Source: Malacoraja senta
Lineage: Eukaryota
DNA: 64,000 nucleotides
Assembly: GCA_038087875.1 (NCBI GenBank)
Contig: CM075999.1
Location: 4,590,001-4,654,000, forward strand
Direction of reading: 5' to 3'
The position numbers and the translations under genes were made by a program. This document shows, in pieces, positions 9,141 through 22,710 of the stretch; within the stretch, counting starts at the first letter, position 1, and every line of letters begins with the position of its first letter. A model generated the notes under the pieces. The model was not told the DNA's origin, made no database searches, and saw only the letters and a list, made by a program, of their open reading frames with translations.

Positions 9141-12100
9141 GAACTGTCTGGCTACCCATTATCGAGAGATTATAGGAGGCACTCTCAAAAAGCCATTCAG
9201 GACCCTGGCCATGCTCTAATTTCACTCCAACAATCATGAAGAAGGTGGAGGAGTATTAAAACCATGACTACCAGGTTCAAGAACAGCTTCTTTCCAACAA
9301 CCACAAGGCTCTTGAGCACTGAACATCACCATGCTTTGAACTATAGATGGCCTTTGATTGCTCTTTTGCATTAGTATTGGTGTCACAAATTTATTGCATT
9401 ATTGTTTATTATACATTATCCATGTGCATTGTGTTTCCATGCCTGTTACGTTGTTGCAAGTAAGAATGTAATTGTTCTATTGTCAGTGCATACGACAATC
9501 AAACAGTCCTGACTCTCAATTTGTTATTTCCATGTTCAAAATTCTGCTACATTTAGTATTTAATTATCAACCATCCTAATTTTAAAGCATCCAACAGCTC
9601 TTCTTCAATGCTGAAGCTAAAGGTTGACCAAAAAATGACTGTGAGGCAAGGTTTGGTAACGTGTTTACTGCTGTGCGTACAGGTGCCCCCCTGTACAGGT
9701 AACATTAAGCGATGTTTGTTCCTAGAAAATGATCAATGGAACACAGGTTCATGCATCTAGAATTGTTAATTTCTAAAAATAATGCATTTTGTGTTTATTC
9801 AGTTATTTTTCTCACATAAATACCATGAGAGCGAATTTTATTGCACATCACGATATTTTGTAGTGATTTGTGAATTATGCAAGGGCAAATTTCTGTTACC
9901 AAACAGCAGTAATACAGGTTACTGTTACATAAGCAAAGGACAAATGTTCAGAGACAAATGAATAAGAGAGAGGGAGTTTGGAGTGATAAAGCACAGATAC
10001 AGGACCATGGATCCACCAGGTCTTGAACACCCATTTTTACAGTATACTCATCTCATCTAAACAATTCTAACCCACATATCTTTGGGATGTAGTAGGAACT
10101 GGAACACCTGGAGGAAACCCACATGATCACAGGGTGAATGCAAGCCTTGCAAGTATCTGATCATTAATGTATGGTCTGTCCCCTTGAAATGCAAAGTAAA
10201 TTATTTATCAGTTATTTTTTATTAAAACGTATGGATAAATGGAAATTTGTAACCTTTTAGTAGCCAGCACTTAAAAATATATTACCGAGTATCCAAGCAC
10301 ATCAATTGAATAGAATTACTTCTGTTTGCAAAGATAACCTACCCATCCATGTTGGAACAATGGGATTTTTTTCAGTAAAAATGGTTTGAGAAAGATTATT
10401 CAAATCTTGAAATGACCAATCATGAAGCTGAAGAAACACTTCTTGCAGGCCCGATCTTTGTGCATTCTTATGGACTATGCTTATTCTCACAACTAGAAGA
10501 TGGAGTGTGACTGTCCATGCCCAAATGTGCAGGCAGTTTAGCATCATGGTGCACAATGTGGAGCATTCCACTTTTACAAATAGCTGTTGAAATGTCAAAT
10601 CTTGTGATTTGCTTTCCATCTTCCAAACTCCACGACAGCAAAACACCAATGGTTAAATGATAGCACAGGAATAAAAACAGTGGGTTCTCCACTTGTTAGC
10701 ATTCCGAGCACCAAACTGTAAACTTGCTCAGTCTCCAACACTGCATCGCAAAGTAACGTATAACAAAGGCCAATTACCCTAATGTCAGTGGACCAAAACA
10801 ATGAAAATTCAGAAGGCCTTTACACGTTTTCATTTAAAAAGTCATGGATTAATCAAGAGTAGTCAGCTTGGATTTACTTTGAAGTAATGAATCGCTCGGA
10901 TCTGGAAATCACTGCCTGAAGGGTCATTGGAAGCAAATTTAATTGTGGCTTTCAAAACAAAAAGAGTATTGGCACAAGTCAACACGGGTTTGACACGCTG
11001 AACGGGCTCCTTCCATGCAATGACAGCTCTAAAACTAAGACAAGATTTTAGATGAACAATGTGATTGATTCCTTTGAGAGGAGGGAAGGTTTGTGATATT
11101 TAATTTTTATTTATTTGATCTAGTATTTGACATTTACATCCTGGGAAAAGGGTTCCGATTTTACCCTATCTGTGCTTTCCGCAATTTTATATACTCCCAT
11201 CAAATCGCCTTTCAACCTCTGAAGTTCCAGAGGAAACAATCTAAGTTTGCCCAACCTATCCTGCACCCTCTCCAAAACATCCTCATCCTTCCTATAATGG
11301 GACAACCAGAACGGCACACAATGCTTCCAATGAAGACAAGCATTATACATGCCTTCTTTACCATTCTATCTACTGGTGTTGCCACTTCCATGAAGCTGTG
11401 GACCTGGACACCAAGACTCCTCTGTACATCAACGTTGTTAAAGGACTTGCCAATAACTGTAAACTATCTACTTATATTAAACACTTGTTCGGATTAAACT
11501 CCATATGGTATTCCTGTGTCGGGATAGAGTGAATGTGGAAAGGATGTTTCCACTAGGTCATAGCCTCAGAATTAAAGGATGTACCTTTAGAAAGATAATG
11601 GGAAGGAATTTCTTTAGTCAGAGGGTGGTAAATCTATGGAATTAATTGCCACAAAAGGTTGTGGAGGCCGCCAATGGATACTTTTAAGGCGGAGATTGAC
11701 ATATTCTTGATAGTATGGGTGTCAGGGGTTATGGGGTGAAGGCAGGAGTATATGGTTGAGAGGGAAAGAAAGATCACCCATGATTGAATGGCGGAGTAAA
11801 AATTGATGGGCCGAATGGCCTAATTCTGTTCATAGAATTTATGAATTTATCTCTGTAACTGATCTATATTCCACTGCATACTTCCCCACTGTCTGCAACT
11901 CCACCCAATTTTGGTGTCATCTGCAAACTTACTATCCAACCCGTCTAAATTTATGTCCAAGTCGTTATATATCACAAACCGAAGTAAATATAGGGAGCCA
12001 GGCAGAAGGTTAAAAGCAGGACACCAAGGGTAGTAATCTCCGGATTATTCCTAGCACCACTTGCACTTCATGCTGCCTCGGCAAGTTCACCAGCATAATC

Positions 12101-12184
12101 AGGGACTAGACTCACTCCTTCAGTCCCCCTTCTCCTATCAGGCTAGAGGAACAAAAGTTTGAAAATGCATACTTCCAGGTTCAG

Positions 12185-12275
12185 AAGAAGGGTCTCGACC
12201 CGAAATGTCGCCTATTCCTTTTCTTCAGAGATGCTGTCTGGCCCACTGAGTTACTCCAGCATTTTGTGTCTATCC
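12185..12275 (+). mobile_element. Penelope-derived hammerhead-type short insert inside a Rex1 3' end
   Basis: 11-bp TSD tccaggttcag at 12174-12184 and 12276-12286; contains gaagggtctcgacccgaaatgtc. Confidence 0.75.
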
Positions 12276-13109
12276 TCCAGGTTCAGGGTCAGTTTCTTCC
12301 CAGCAGTTATTAGGCCCTCTCACCAGTTAGAGTGCTGACCTCCTATCTACCTTATTGGAGACCTTTAATCAGACTTTCTCTTTAATCGGACTTTAGCAGC
12401 CCTTTAGAACGGATTTTGGATTGCACTAAATGTACTTTTTATCCTTTATCTTTATACTTTGGACGGTTTGATTGGTATCATGTATAATCTTTTCTTTGAC
12501 TGGATAACACACAACAAAAGCTTTTCACTGTACCTCAGTACATGTAACAATAATAAACTACACTAAACCTGCTGGTGAGGGTAGAAATGGGCACTTAGGC
12601 CAGACGAATGTATGACTCAGGTAGCTGGTGAAGGGGGCAGGGATTCAGATTTTTAGACCACTGGATCTCTTCTGGAACAGACCTGACCCGCACAAGAGGG
12701 ATGGGTTGCATCCTTGCAGGGAGGTTCCCGACTGCTGTTCAGGAGGGTTTAAACTAGAGAGGCATGGGGTGGGGAACCAGAGTAGTAAATCAGAAATTGG
12801 AAGGAGTTATGGGAAGGTGGAGGTTAAGATCAGTAAGACTCAAAGGAAGGGTAGGCAGAGAGAGGTGCTTCTCCTTGAGAACCATGCTCAGGGTAGAACA
12901 TATACCAACAACAGTAGGGCCCTAAAGAATGTCAATGAACAGACACCTTGCGGGTCCAAGTCCATAGTTCCCTGTAAGGGGCAACACAGATCAATAGAAT
13001 GAAGGCGACAAATGGCAAGCTTGTCTTCATAAGTCAGGACATAGAATATAAGAGTTGTGAACTTACAGTACGTTGTAACTTTATAATCCACTGGTTAGGT
13101 CATACTTAT

Positions 13110-14290
13110 TGTTCATAAGTGATAGGAGCAGAATTAGGCCAATCGGCCCATCAAGTCTACTGTGCCATTCAATCATGGCTAATCTATCTTTCCCTCCTAA
13201 CCCCATTCACCTGCTTTCTCCCCATAAACTACTGACACCCGTACTAATCAAGAATCTAACTCTGCCTTAAAAATATCCATTCTGTGACAATGAATTCCAC
13301 ACATTCACCACCCTCTGACTAAAGAAATTCCTCATCTTTTTGAAGGAGCATCCTTTAATTCGGAGGCTGTGACCTCTGGTCCTAGACTCTCCCACCAGTG
13401 GAAACGTCCCCTCCACATCCACTCTATCCAAACCTTTCATGATTTGGTAAGTTTCGATGAGGTCCCCCCTAATCCTTCTAAACTTAATGAATGAATTCTT
13501 TATTGTCACATGCGATGTCACAGTGAAATTCTTTGTTTTGCATACGCAAGGTATGCAAAGAGCCACTTCATAAATGGTGCCAACAAAGTAACATAGTCTC
13601 CCACGCCGGGTCCTCCATGGTTCATCCCCCCCCCCCCCCCCCTTCTAGGCCAGGTCCTCCTTGGTTCATTCCCACCCCCCCCCTCTAGGCCAGATCCTCC
13701 TTTGTTCCAGGCGGCGTGATCTCCAGCTCCCATGTGGCCCGTTCCTGACCACCAGCGACCTCGACGACCGCTCACCGACCTCCTCGTCGATTGCCACTGG
13801 GATCCGTTCCTGACATATCCACTCCATCAACGCAGGCTCTGGTCATGGGGGCTGTTGACCCAGGCTCTAGTTACGTATTCCTGGGATCATTCTCTTAAAC
13901 CTCTTCTGTACTATCTCAGCCAATCCTTCCTCATATATGGGGCCCAATATTGCTCACAATATTCCAAATGTGGCCTGAGCAACACCTTCTAAAACCTCAG
14001 CATTACATTCCTGTTTTTGTATTCTAGTCCTCTTGAAATAAATGCTAGCATTGTTTTTGCCTTTCTTACTACCGATTTGACTTGTAAATTAACTTTTTGG
14101 AAATCCTGCACCAGCAATCCCAAGTCCCTTTGCACCTCTGATTTCTGGATTCTCTACCCATTTAGAAAATAGTCTATGCCTTTATTCAAAATGCATGACT
14201 CTTTGCTAAACTATATTCCACCTGCTACTTCATTGCCCACTCTCCCAACCTGTCCAGGTCCTTCTGCAGACTCCCTGCTTTCTCTACCCT
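13110..14290 (-). mobile_element. CR1 3' fragment with a GC-rich Rex-tailed insert (~13485-13870)
   Basis: RRIRGDLIETYQIMKGLDRVDVEGTFPLVGESRTRGHSL...RNFFSQRVVNVWNSL. Confidence 0.75.
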
Positions 14291-14689
14291 ATCTGCCCCT
14301 CCACCTATTTTCATAATATGTGTGCTACAATGCTGAGAACTATATTCTGCGCACTGTATTTTCCCATTTGCTCTACCCATTGTACTCAAGTTTTGCTTGC
14401 TTGAATTTATGTATAGTATTATCTGACTTGATTGGCTAGGTCATGTTCATAAGAGATAGGAGCAGAATTGGGCCATTCAGCCCATTGTCTATTCCGCCAT
14501 TCAATCATGGCTAATCTAACTTTCCCCCTCAACCGCATTCTCCTACCTTCTCCCCATAACTCCTGACACCTGCACTAATCAAGAATCTATCTACCTCTGC
14601 CATAAAAATATCCAATGAATACCACAGATTCACCAGCTCAGTTCAGTTTATTGTCACGTGTACCGAGGCACAGTGAAAAGCTTTTTGTT

Positions 14690-17340
14690 CAGATTCAGAT
14701 TCAACTTTATTGTCATTGTGCAGTGTACAGTACAGAGACAACGAAATGCAGTTAGCATCTCCCTAGAAGTGCGACATAAATATGAGCAGTAAATAAATCC
14801 TGGTGGGAGGAGTGTCCGGGGGGGGGGGGGGGGGGGGGGGGGGGAGGTGATTGGCAGTCACCGAGGTACAGTGTTGAGTAGTGTAACAGCCGCAGGGAAG
14901 AAGCTGTTCCTGGACCTGCTGGTCCGGCAACGGAGAGACCTGTAGCGCCTCCCGGATGGTGGGAGGGTAAACAGTTTGTGGTTGGGGTGAGAGCAGTCCT
15001 TGGCGATGCTGAGCGCCCTTCGCAGACAACACTTGCTTTGGACAGACTCAATGGTGGGGAGTGAGGAACCGGTGATGCGTTGGGCAATTTTCACCACCCT
15101 CTGCAGTGCTTTCCGGTCGGAGACAGAGCAGTTGCCATACCATACTGTGATGCAGTTGGTAAGGATGCTCTCGATGGTGCAGCGGTAGAAGTTCACCAGA
15201 ATCTGAGGAGACAGATGGACCTTCTTTAGTCTCCGCAGGAAGAAGAGACGCTGGTGAGCCTTCTTGACCAGAGTTGAGGTATTGTGGGTCCAAGAGAGGT
15301 CATCGGAGATGTTGACCCCCAGGAACCTGAAGCTGGAAACACGTTCCACCTCCGTCCCGTTAATGTGGATGGGGGGGGTGCGTGCCGCCCCTAGACTTCC
15401 TGAAGTCTACAATGAGCTCCTTGGTCTTCTTGGAGTTAAGGGCCAGGTTGTTGTCAGCGCACCATGCTGCTAGGAGCTGGACCTCCTCCCTATAGGCCGA
15501 CTCATCGTTGTTGCTGATGAGGCCAATCACCGTTGTATCATCTGCATACTTGATGATGGTGTTAGTACCATGTACAGGTGTGCAGTCGTAGGTGAAGAGG
15601 GAGTAGAGGAGGGGGCTCAGCACACAGCCCCGTTGAACGCCGGTGTTCAGGGTGAGGGTTGAAGAGGTGTGCTTGTCTAACCTAACAGACTGGGGTCTGT
15701 TGGTTAGAAAGTCCAGTATCCAGTTACAGAGGGAGGGGTCGATGCCCAGGTCACCGAGTTTGGTGATCAGTTTAGAGGGTATGATGGTGTTGAATGCTGA
15801 GCTGTAATCGATGAACAGTGTCTCTGTTGTCGAGGTGGGAGAGGGCGGAGTGAAGTGCGTTGAGATGGCATCCTCCGTACTCCTGTTCTTGCGGTAGGCA
15901 AACTGATAGGGATCCAATGTGGGGGGTAGGCAGCCTTTGAGGTGTGCCAGGACCAGCCTCTCGAAGCACTTGGCGATGATGGGAGTAAGTGCAACTGGGC
16001 GGAAGTCGTTGAGGCTTGCCGCAGTGGAGTGTTTTGGCACCGGCACGATGGAGGTGGATTAAGGCACGTGGGCACAACTGCTTGGGCAAGTGACAGGTTG
16101 AAGATGTCAGTCCAGACGTCTGTCAGCTGCGCAGCACAGGCCCTGAGGACGCGCCCGGGGATGCCGTCGGGGCCAGCAGCCTTACGTGCATTAGTCCTAC
16201 TCAGTGCCACGTACACGTCGTAGGGGGTGAGTGCGAGGGGCTGGTGATCAGCAGGGAGCACCGCCTTGATGGCCAACTCTAGATTATCCCCATCGAAGCG
16301 GCCATAGAAGTGGTTAAGCTCCTCAAGGAAGGAGGCGTTGCTGGATGTGGGGGTGGTGTTGGTGGGTCTAAAGTCCGTGATGGCCTGGATGCCTTACCAC
16401 ATGCGTCGGGGGTAGGAGTTGTTGTTGAAGTGCTCCTCAATCCTGTGCTTATGGCAGTGCTTGGCCTTCTTTATGCCCTTCTTCAGGTTAGCCCTGGATG
16501 AACTATAGGCTCGGGCATCGCCAGACCTGAAAGCGGTGTCCCGTGCTTTCAGCAGTAGCCTGACCTCGCTGTTCATCCATGGCTTCTGATTCGGGAATAT
16601 GGTCACCCGTTTGAGGGAGGTGACACTGTTGATGGTGGAGTTTATAAAGTCCAGAACAGAGGATGTATAGGAGTCAATGTCCGTGTGGGAGTCAAGGGGC
16701 GGCCTGGGCTGCAAACGCCTTCCAGTCAGTGTTTCCAAATCACTGCTGAAGTGTGGAATCCGCCTCCTCTGACCAGACTTTAACTGTCCTCACAGTGGGT
16801 TTAACCCGTCTGATGAGTGGGGAGTACTTTGGGAGCAGGAACAATGAGAGGTGATCAGACTGTCCAAGGTGGGGGAGGGGGACGGCTTTGTAAGCTTCAG
16901 CCATGTTGGTGTAGACTTTGTCCAGTGTCTTGTCTTCTCTAGTGGCGAAGGAGACATGTTGGTGGAATTTGGGCAGTACAGTCTTCAGGTTGGAGTGATT
17001 GAAGTCACCCGCAACAATGAAGGCTGCCTCGGGGTTGTGAGTCTGTTGTTTGCTAATGGCAGTATGCAGATCTTTCATTGCAAGCTTGGCATTAGCATCA
17101 GGAGGAATATAGGCTGCAGTCACAACAGTGGAGGTAAACTCTCTGGGCAGATAGAACGGTCTGCATCTAACCAAGAGGAACTCTAGGTTAGCTGAGCAGT
17201 GACTCACGATGATGGTGGTGTCCGTGCACCATGCTTTGTTTACATAAATGCACAGACCACCACCTCTGGTCTTACCGGAGTCTGTTGTCCTGTCCGCTTG
17301 GAGTAAATGCTGCCCCGTTAGCTGGATGGCGCTGACAGGA
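14690..17340 (-). mobile_element. Rex1/Babar non-LTR retrotransposon, 5'-truncated, AP endonuclease plus RT with several frameshifts
   Basis: APE motifs GGGLCIYVN, AGDFN, TLDKVY and SDH (16740-17390). RT motifs [40 protein letters not shown] and YADD. C-terminal KKAHQRLFFLRRLKK and SFFPAAVTLLN. Tail tgacaataaag-(tgaatc)n. Nested in an older Rex1 3' end (14640-14690 and 17350-17780). Confidence 0.92.
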
Positions 17341-17819
17341 CTGCTGACTGACTGGTTGCGTGCTAACCAGTCAGCAGAAAGACAAAACACGATTACAATC
17401 GAGCCATTTAGTGTATAGATACATAAGGGAATAAAGTCAGCAAAGTCCGATCGAGGATAGTCCTAGGATCACCAATGAGGTAGATAGTAGTTCAGCAATG
17501 CTCTCTGGTTGTGGTAGGGTGATTCATTTACCTGATAACAGCTGGGAAGAGATTGTCACTGAATCTGGAAGTATGCGTTTTCATACTTTTATACCTTTTG
17601 CCTGATGGGAGAGGGGAGAAGAGGGTGTGGCCAGGGTGCAATCTGTCCTTGATTATGCTGCTGGCCTTGCAGAGGCAGTGTGAGGTATAAATGGAGTCAA
17701 TAGACGGGAGGTTGGTTTGTGTGATGGTCTGGGCTGCATCCACATTTTGCTGCAATATTTTGCAGTCTTGGATGGAGCTGTGATCACCCTCTGACTAAAG
17801 AATTTCCTGCTCATCTTAT

Positions 17820-19100
17820 ACAATTATACAATTTATACAATACAATTACACAATTTATTTATTGTCATTTGAACCTCAAGTAAAGTTCAAACGAAATTTG
17901 GTTTCTGCAGTCATACAACAAGAAAAGAACCAAGACACACAACCAACACAATTTACACCAGACTGATTCCTGGGATGTCAGGACTTTCATATGAGGAAAA
18001 ACTGGATAGACTCGGCTTGTACTCGCTGGAATTTAGAAGACTGAGGGGGATCTTATAGAAACTTACAAAATTCTTAAGGGGTTGGGCAGGCTAGATGCAG
18101 GAAGATTGTTCCCGATGTTGGGGAAGTCCAGAACAAGGGGTCACAGTTTAAGGATAAAGGGGAAATCTTTTAGGACTGAGATGAGAAAAACATTTTTTAC
18201 ACAGAGAGTGGTGAATCTCTGGAATTCTCTGCCACAGAATGTAGTTCATTGGCTATATTTAAGAGAGAGTTAGATGTGGCCCTCGTGGCTAAAGGGATCA
18301 GGGGGTATGGAGAGAAAGCAGGTACAGGACTGAGTTGGATGATCAGCCATGATCATATTGAATGGCGGTGCAGGCTCGAAGGGCCGAATGGCCTACTCCT
18401 GCACCTATTTTCTATGTTTCTATGTTTCTACACAAACATCTATCATAGTGACTTTCCTCCTCACTGTGATGGAAGGCAAAGTCTTGTCTCTCCCCTGTGT
18501 TCCATTCTTCTCCCGATGTTAAAGCCCCCGGCGGGCAATGGCAAGTCCCGCGGCCATTAAGGCCCCGCTCCGGGTCTTAATGTTGGAGCCCCGGTGGGCG
18601 ATGGCAAGTCCCGCGGCCGTTAAAGCCGCACCTTGCGATGTAAGGCCCCGCTCCGGGTTATTTTCAACCCCGCAACTCGGGCGGGAGAAGTTGCCTTTGC
18701 GGGAGCTCTGAAAAGCGGTCTCCCACCAGGGACCCGCGAGCTCCCGATGTCACCGTCCACCAGACCTGCGGCTGGAGCCTCCGAGCTCCGGAGTCGGGTC
18801 GCAGTCGCGCGCCGCAACAGCTCTCCACGCTCCGAAGCCGGCCAGCCCCACGATGGTAAGTCCGCAGACTCCGCGACTGGAGCCCTCAGGTTGGTTCCGG
18901 TTGGAGGCCGCTCCACGGTGCTAGGTCCCAACGACAACGGAGACCCGACAGGGAAGTGATTTTAAAATTCCCCCCCCACATATACACTGCTAAAAACAAT
19001 ATAAAAACCACAACAAACTATACATTCAGTGGGACAAAAATTTTAAAAAAGATGGACGGACTGCAGAGGCCACTGCGACCGTCGGTCGCGCCGCCCAACT
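17820..19100 (-). mobile_element. Second GC-rich Rex-tailed non-autonomous retroposon, split by a CR1 insertion
   Basis: Shares ggcggcgc...ctgcagtccgtc at the 5' end, the ccatcacagtgaggagg block and the gactgcag..aaatttcgtt-hairpin-atgacaataa tail with 1796-2660. Confidence 0.65.
17960..18430 (+). mobile_element. Young 5'-truncated CR1 3' end
   Basis: RLDAGRLFPMLGKSRTRGHSLRIKGKSFRTEMRKTFFTQRVVNLWNSLP; ends in a (tttctatg)n tail. Confidence 0.85.
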
Positions 19101-20204
19101 TATTTTTATTCTGAGGCTATGATCTCTGATCCTGGACTCTCCCACTAATTGAAACATCCACTCCACAACCACTCTATCCAGGTCTTTCACTATTTGATAA
19201 GTTCCAATGAGGTCCCTACTCACCCTTCTAAACTCCAATGAGGAGAGGCCCAAAGCCGTCAATCGCTCATCGTATGCATATCATGGATAATATACAAAAC
19301 ACTGAACCTTCGTACACATGACAATAATATAACCAAACCTAAAGTAATTCTGATCACGACCTTATAGAAAGTTTTGCATTGGAGAAAGTGCAGAGATTCA
19401 CCAGGATGTTGCCTGCATTAGAGATGTTAGTTCTGGGGAGAGATTGGATAGGCTGGGCTTGTATTGCTTAAGGCAGTGACCTGATGGAAGCACAGTGAAC
19501 CCTTACTTTAATGGACCCCTACATATAGCAGACAGACCTGCCCATCCTACCGCCCCAGCTTCCGACTCCACCCCCAGATGGCAACATGCACCAGTGAGCT
19601 CTTCTTCACCCACCACACAGTCCGCTTGACAGTCCGGGGATAGGACAGGCCCAGTCACCGTGGGGCTCCCACCCCACTCACCTGCTGCCGCTTCACCCTC
19701 GCTTTGTCCGCTCGGCCTTCCCTCTCCCCCCAGACCCATCCACAGCCACCTCCTTCTTCCCTGGAGTTGCAGATATCCCGTCTCTTCCCCTCATTCACCC
19801 ATCTCTCTAACTCCCCCATTTCTCCCCTTGTCCCCTCACATTCACCCATGCCTCTATCTCCCCATGTCTCACTCTCCCTGTCTTTCTCCCCCCTCACTCA
19901 CTCATGTCTCTGTTTTACTCACCCTCCACACTGATTCACCCATGTCTTTCCTCTGTATACACCCTCACTCTTCCTCCACTCCCCGTCACTCACCCATATC
20001 TCCGTCTCTCCCCGTCCGACTCACCCATGTCTCCCGCTGTCCGTCACTCCCCACACACTCACCTATATATCCGTCTCCCCTTTACCCTCCTCCCATTCCC
20101 CATGTCTTCCCCTTACTCGCCCATATCCCCCGTCACACACCAATGCCCCTATCTCCCCACGCTCACACATGCCTCTCCTTCTCCCTCCCCTCTCCCTCTA
20201 ACCC

Positions 20205-22695
20205 CACACTCTCCCCGTGTGTCCCCACTGTCCCCCCTCCCCGTGTCCCCACTCTCCCCGTGACCATGTCTACCCCGTGTCCCCACTCTCCCCGTGACCA
20301 TGTCTACCCCGTGTCCCCACTCGCCCCGTGACCATGTCTACCCCGTGCCCCCACTCGCCCTGTGACCATGTCTACCCCGTGTCCCCACTCCCCCCGTGAC
20401 CATGTCTACCCCGTGTCCCCACTCTCCCCGTGACCATGTCTACCCCGTGTCCCCACTCTCCCCCGTGACCATGTCTACCCCGTGTCCCCACTCGCCCCGT
20501 GACCATGTCTACCCCGTGCCCCCACTCGCCCCGTGACCATGTCTACCCCGTGTCCCCACTCCCCCCGTGACCATGTCTACCCCGTGTCCCACTCGCCCCG
20601 TGACCATGTCTACCCCGTGACCATGTCTACCCCGTGTGTCCCCACTCCCCCCGTGACCATGTCTACCCCGTGACCATGTCTACCCGGTGTCCCCACTCCC
20701 CCCGTGACCATGTCTACCCCGTGTCCCCACTCGCCCCGTGACCATGTCTACCCCGTGCCCCCACTCCCCCCGTGACCATGTCTACCCCGTGTGTCCCCAC
20801 TCCCCCGTGACCATGTCTACCCCGTGTGTCCCCACTCTCCCCGTGACCATGTCTACCCCGTGCCCCCACTCGCCCCGTGACCATGTCTACCCCGTGACCA
20901 TGTCTACCCCGTGTGTCCCCACTCCCCCCGTGACCATGTCTACCCCGTGTCCCCACTCGCCCCGTGACCATGTCTACCCCGTGACCATGTCTACCCCGTG
21001 TGTCCCCACTCTCCCCGTGACCATGTCTACCCCGTGTCCCCACTCGCCCCGTGACCATGTCTACCCCGTGACCATGTCTACCCCGTGTGTCCCCACTCGC
21101 CCCGTGACCATGTCTACCCGTGTCCCCACTCCCCCGTGACCATGTCTACCCCGTGTCCCCACTCTCCCCCCCGTGTCCTCACTCTCTCCCCCGTGTCCCC
21201 ACTCTCCCCGTGACCATGTCTACCCCGTGACCATGTCTACCCCGTGTGTCCCCACTCGCCCCGTGACCATGTCTACCCCGTGTCCCCACTCCCCCCGTGA
21301 CCATGTCTACCCCGTGACCATGTCTACCCGTGTGTCCCCACTCCCCCCGTGACCATGTCTACCCCGTGACCATGTCTACCCGTGTGTCCCCACTCCCCCC
21401 GTGACCATGTCTACCCCGTGTCCCCACTCCCCCCGTGACCATGTCTACCCCGTGTCCCCACTCTCCCCCCGTGTCCTCACTCTCTCCCGTGTCCCCACTC
21501 TCCCCGTGACCATGTCTACCCCGTGACCATGTCTACCCGTGTGTCCCCACTCGCCCCGTGACCATGTCTACCCCGTGTCCCCACTCCCCCCGTGACCATG
21601 TCTACCCCGTGACCATGTCTACCCCGTGTGTCCCCACTCCCCCCGTGACCATGTCTACCCCGTGACCATGTCTACCCCGTGTCCCCACTCGCCCCGTGAC
21701 CATGTCTACCCCGTGACCATGTCTACCCCGTGTCCCCACTCTCCCCCCGTGTCCTCACTCTCTCCCCGGTCCCCACTCTCCCCGTGACCATGTCTCTCCC
21801 TCCCCGTGACCATGTCTACCCCGTGACCATGTCTACCCCGTGTGTCCCCACTCCCCCCGTGACCATGTCTACCCCGTGACCATGTCTACCCCGTGTGTCC
21901 CCACTCCCCCCGTGACCATGTCTACCCCGTGTGTCCCCACTCCCCCCGTGACCATGTCTACCCCGTGTCCCCACTCTCCCCGTGTGTCCCCACTCTCCCC
22001 GTGACCATGTCTACCCCGTGACCATGTCTACCCCGTGTGTCCCCACTCCCCCCGTGACCATGTCTACCCCGTGTGTCCCCACTCCCCCCGTGACCATGTC
22101 TACCCCGTGCCCCCACTCGCCCCGTGACCATGTCTACCCCGTGACCATGTCTACCCCGTGTGTCCCCACTCCCCCCGTGACCATGTCTACCCCGTGTGTC
22201 CCCACTCCCCCCGTGACCATGTCTACCCCGTGCCCCCACTCGCCCCGTGACCATGTCTACCCCGTGACCATGTCTACCCCGTGTGTCCCCACTCCCCCCG
22301 TGACCATGTCTACCCCGTGACCATGTCTACCCCGTGTGTCCCCACTCCCCCCGTGACCATGTCTACCCCGTGACCATGTCTACCCCGTGTGTCCCCACTC
22401 TCCCCGTGACCATGTCTACCCCGTGTGTCCCCACTCTCCCCGTGACCATGTCTACCCCGTGACCATGTCTACCCCGTGTGTCCCCACTCCCCCCGTGACC
22501 ATGTCTACCCCGTGACCATGTCTACCCCGTGTGTCCCCACTCCCCCCGTGACCATGTCTACCCCGTGACCATGTCTACCCCGTGTGTCCCCACTCCCCCC
22601 GTGACCATGTCTACCCCGTGACCATGTCTACCCCGTGTGTCCCCACTCCCCCCGTGACCATGTCTACCCCGTGCCCCCACTCTCCCCGTGTGTCG
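20205..22695. repeat. ~2.5 kb modular minisatellite at the 5' end of KPNA6 intron 1
   Basis: Irregular alternation of a 17-bp module ccccgtgaccatgtcta and a ~17-21-bp module ccccgtg(tg)tccccactc(t/g/c). C-rich on plus, G-rich on the transcribed strand. Degenerate related sequence extends to about 19780. Confidence 0.95.
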
Positions 22696-22706
22696 CCGTC
22701 ACTCAC

Positions 22707-22710
22707 CCAT
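22707..22710 (-). CDS. KPNA6: KPNA6 exon 1 coding part (ATG G)
   Basis: Minus strand ...ggggagagagacATGG|GTGAGT at the edge of a CpG-rich island. The 4-nt phase joins exon 2 in frame to give METTSSP. Confidence 0.8.

Noticed and set aside
14818..14847. Long G homopolymer
   Set aside because: Part of the Rex1 3' UTR (poly-C on the element strand); its length is unreliable.
20205..22695. Repeat-spacer appearance suggesting a CRISPR array
   Set aside because: The intervening segments are themselves repeats rather than unique spacers; the context is a eukaryotic intron with no cas genes.
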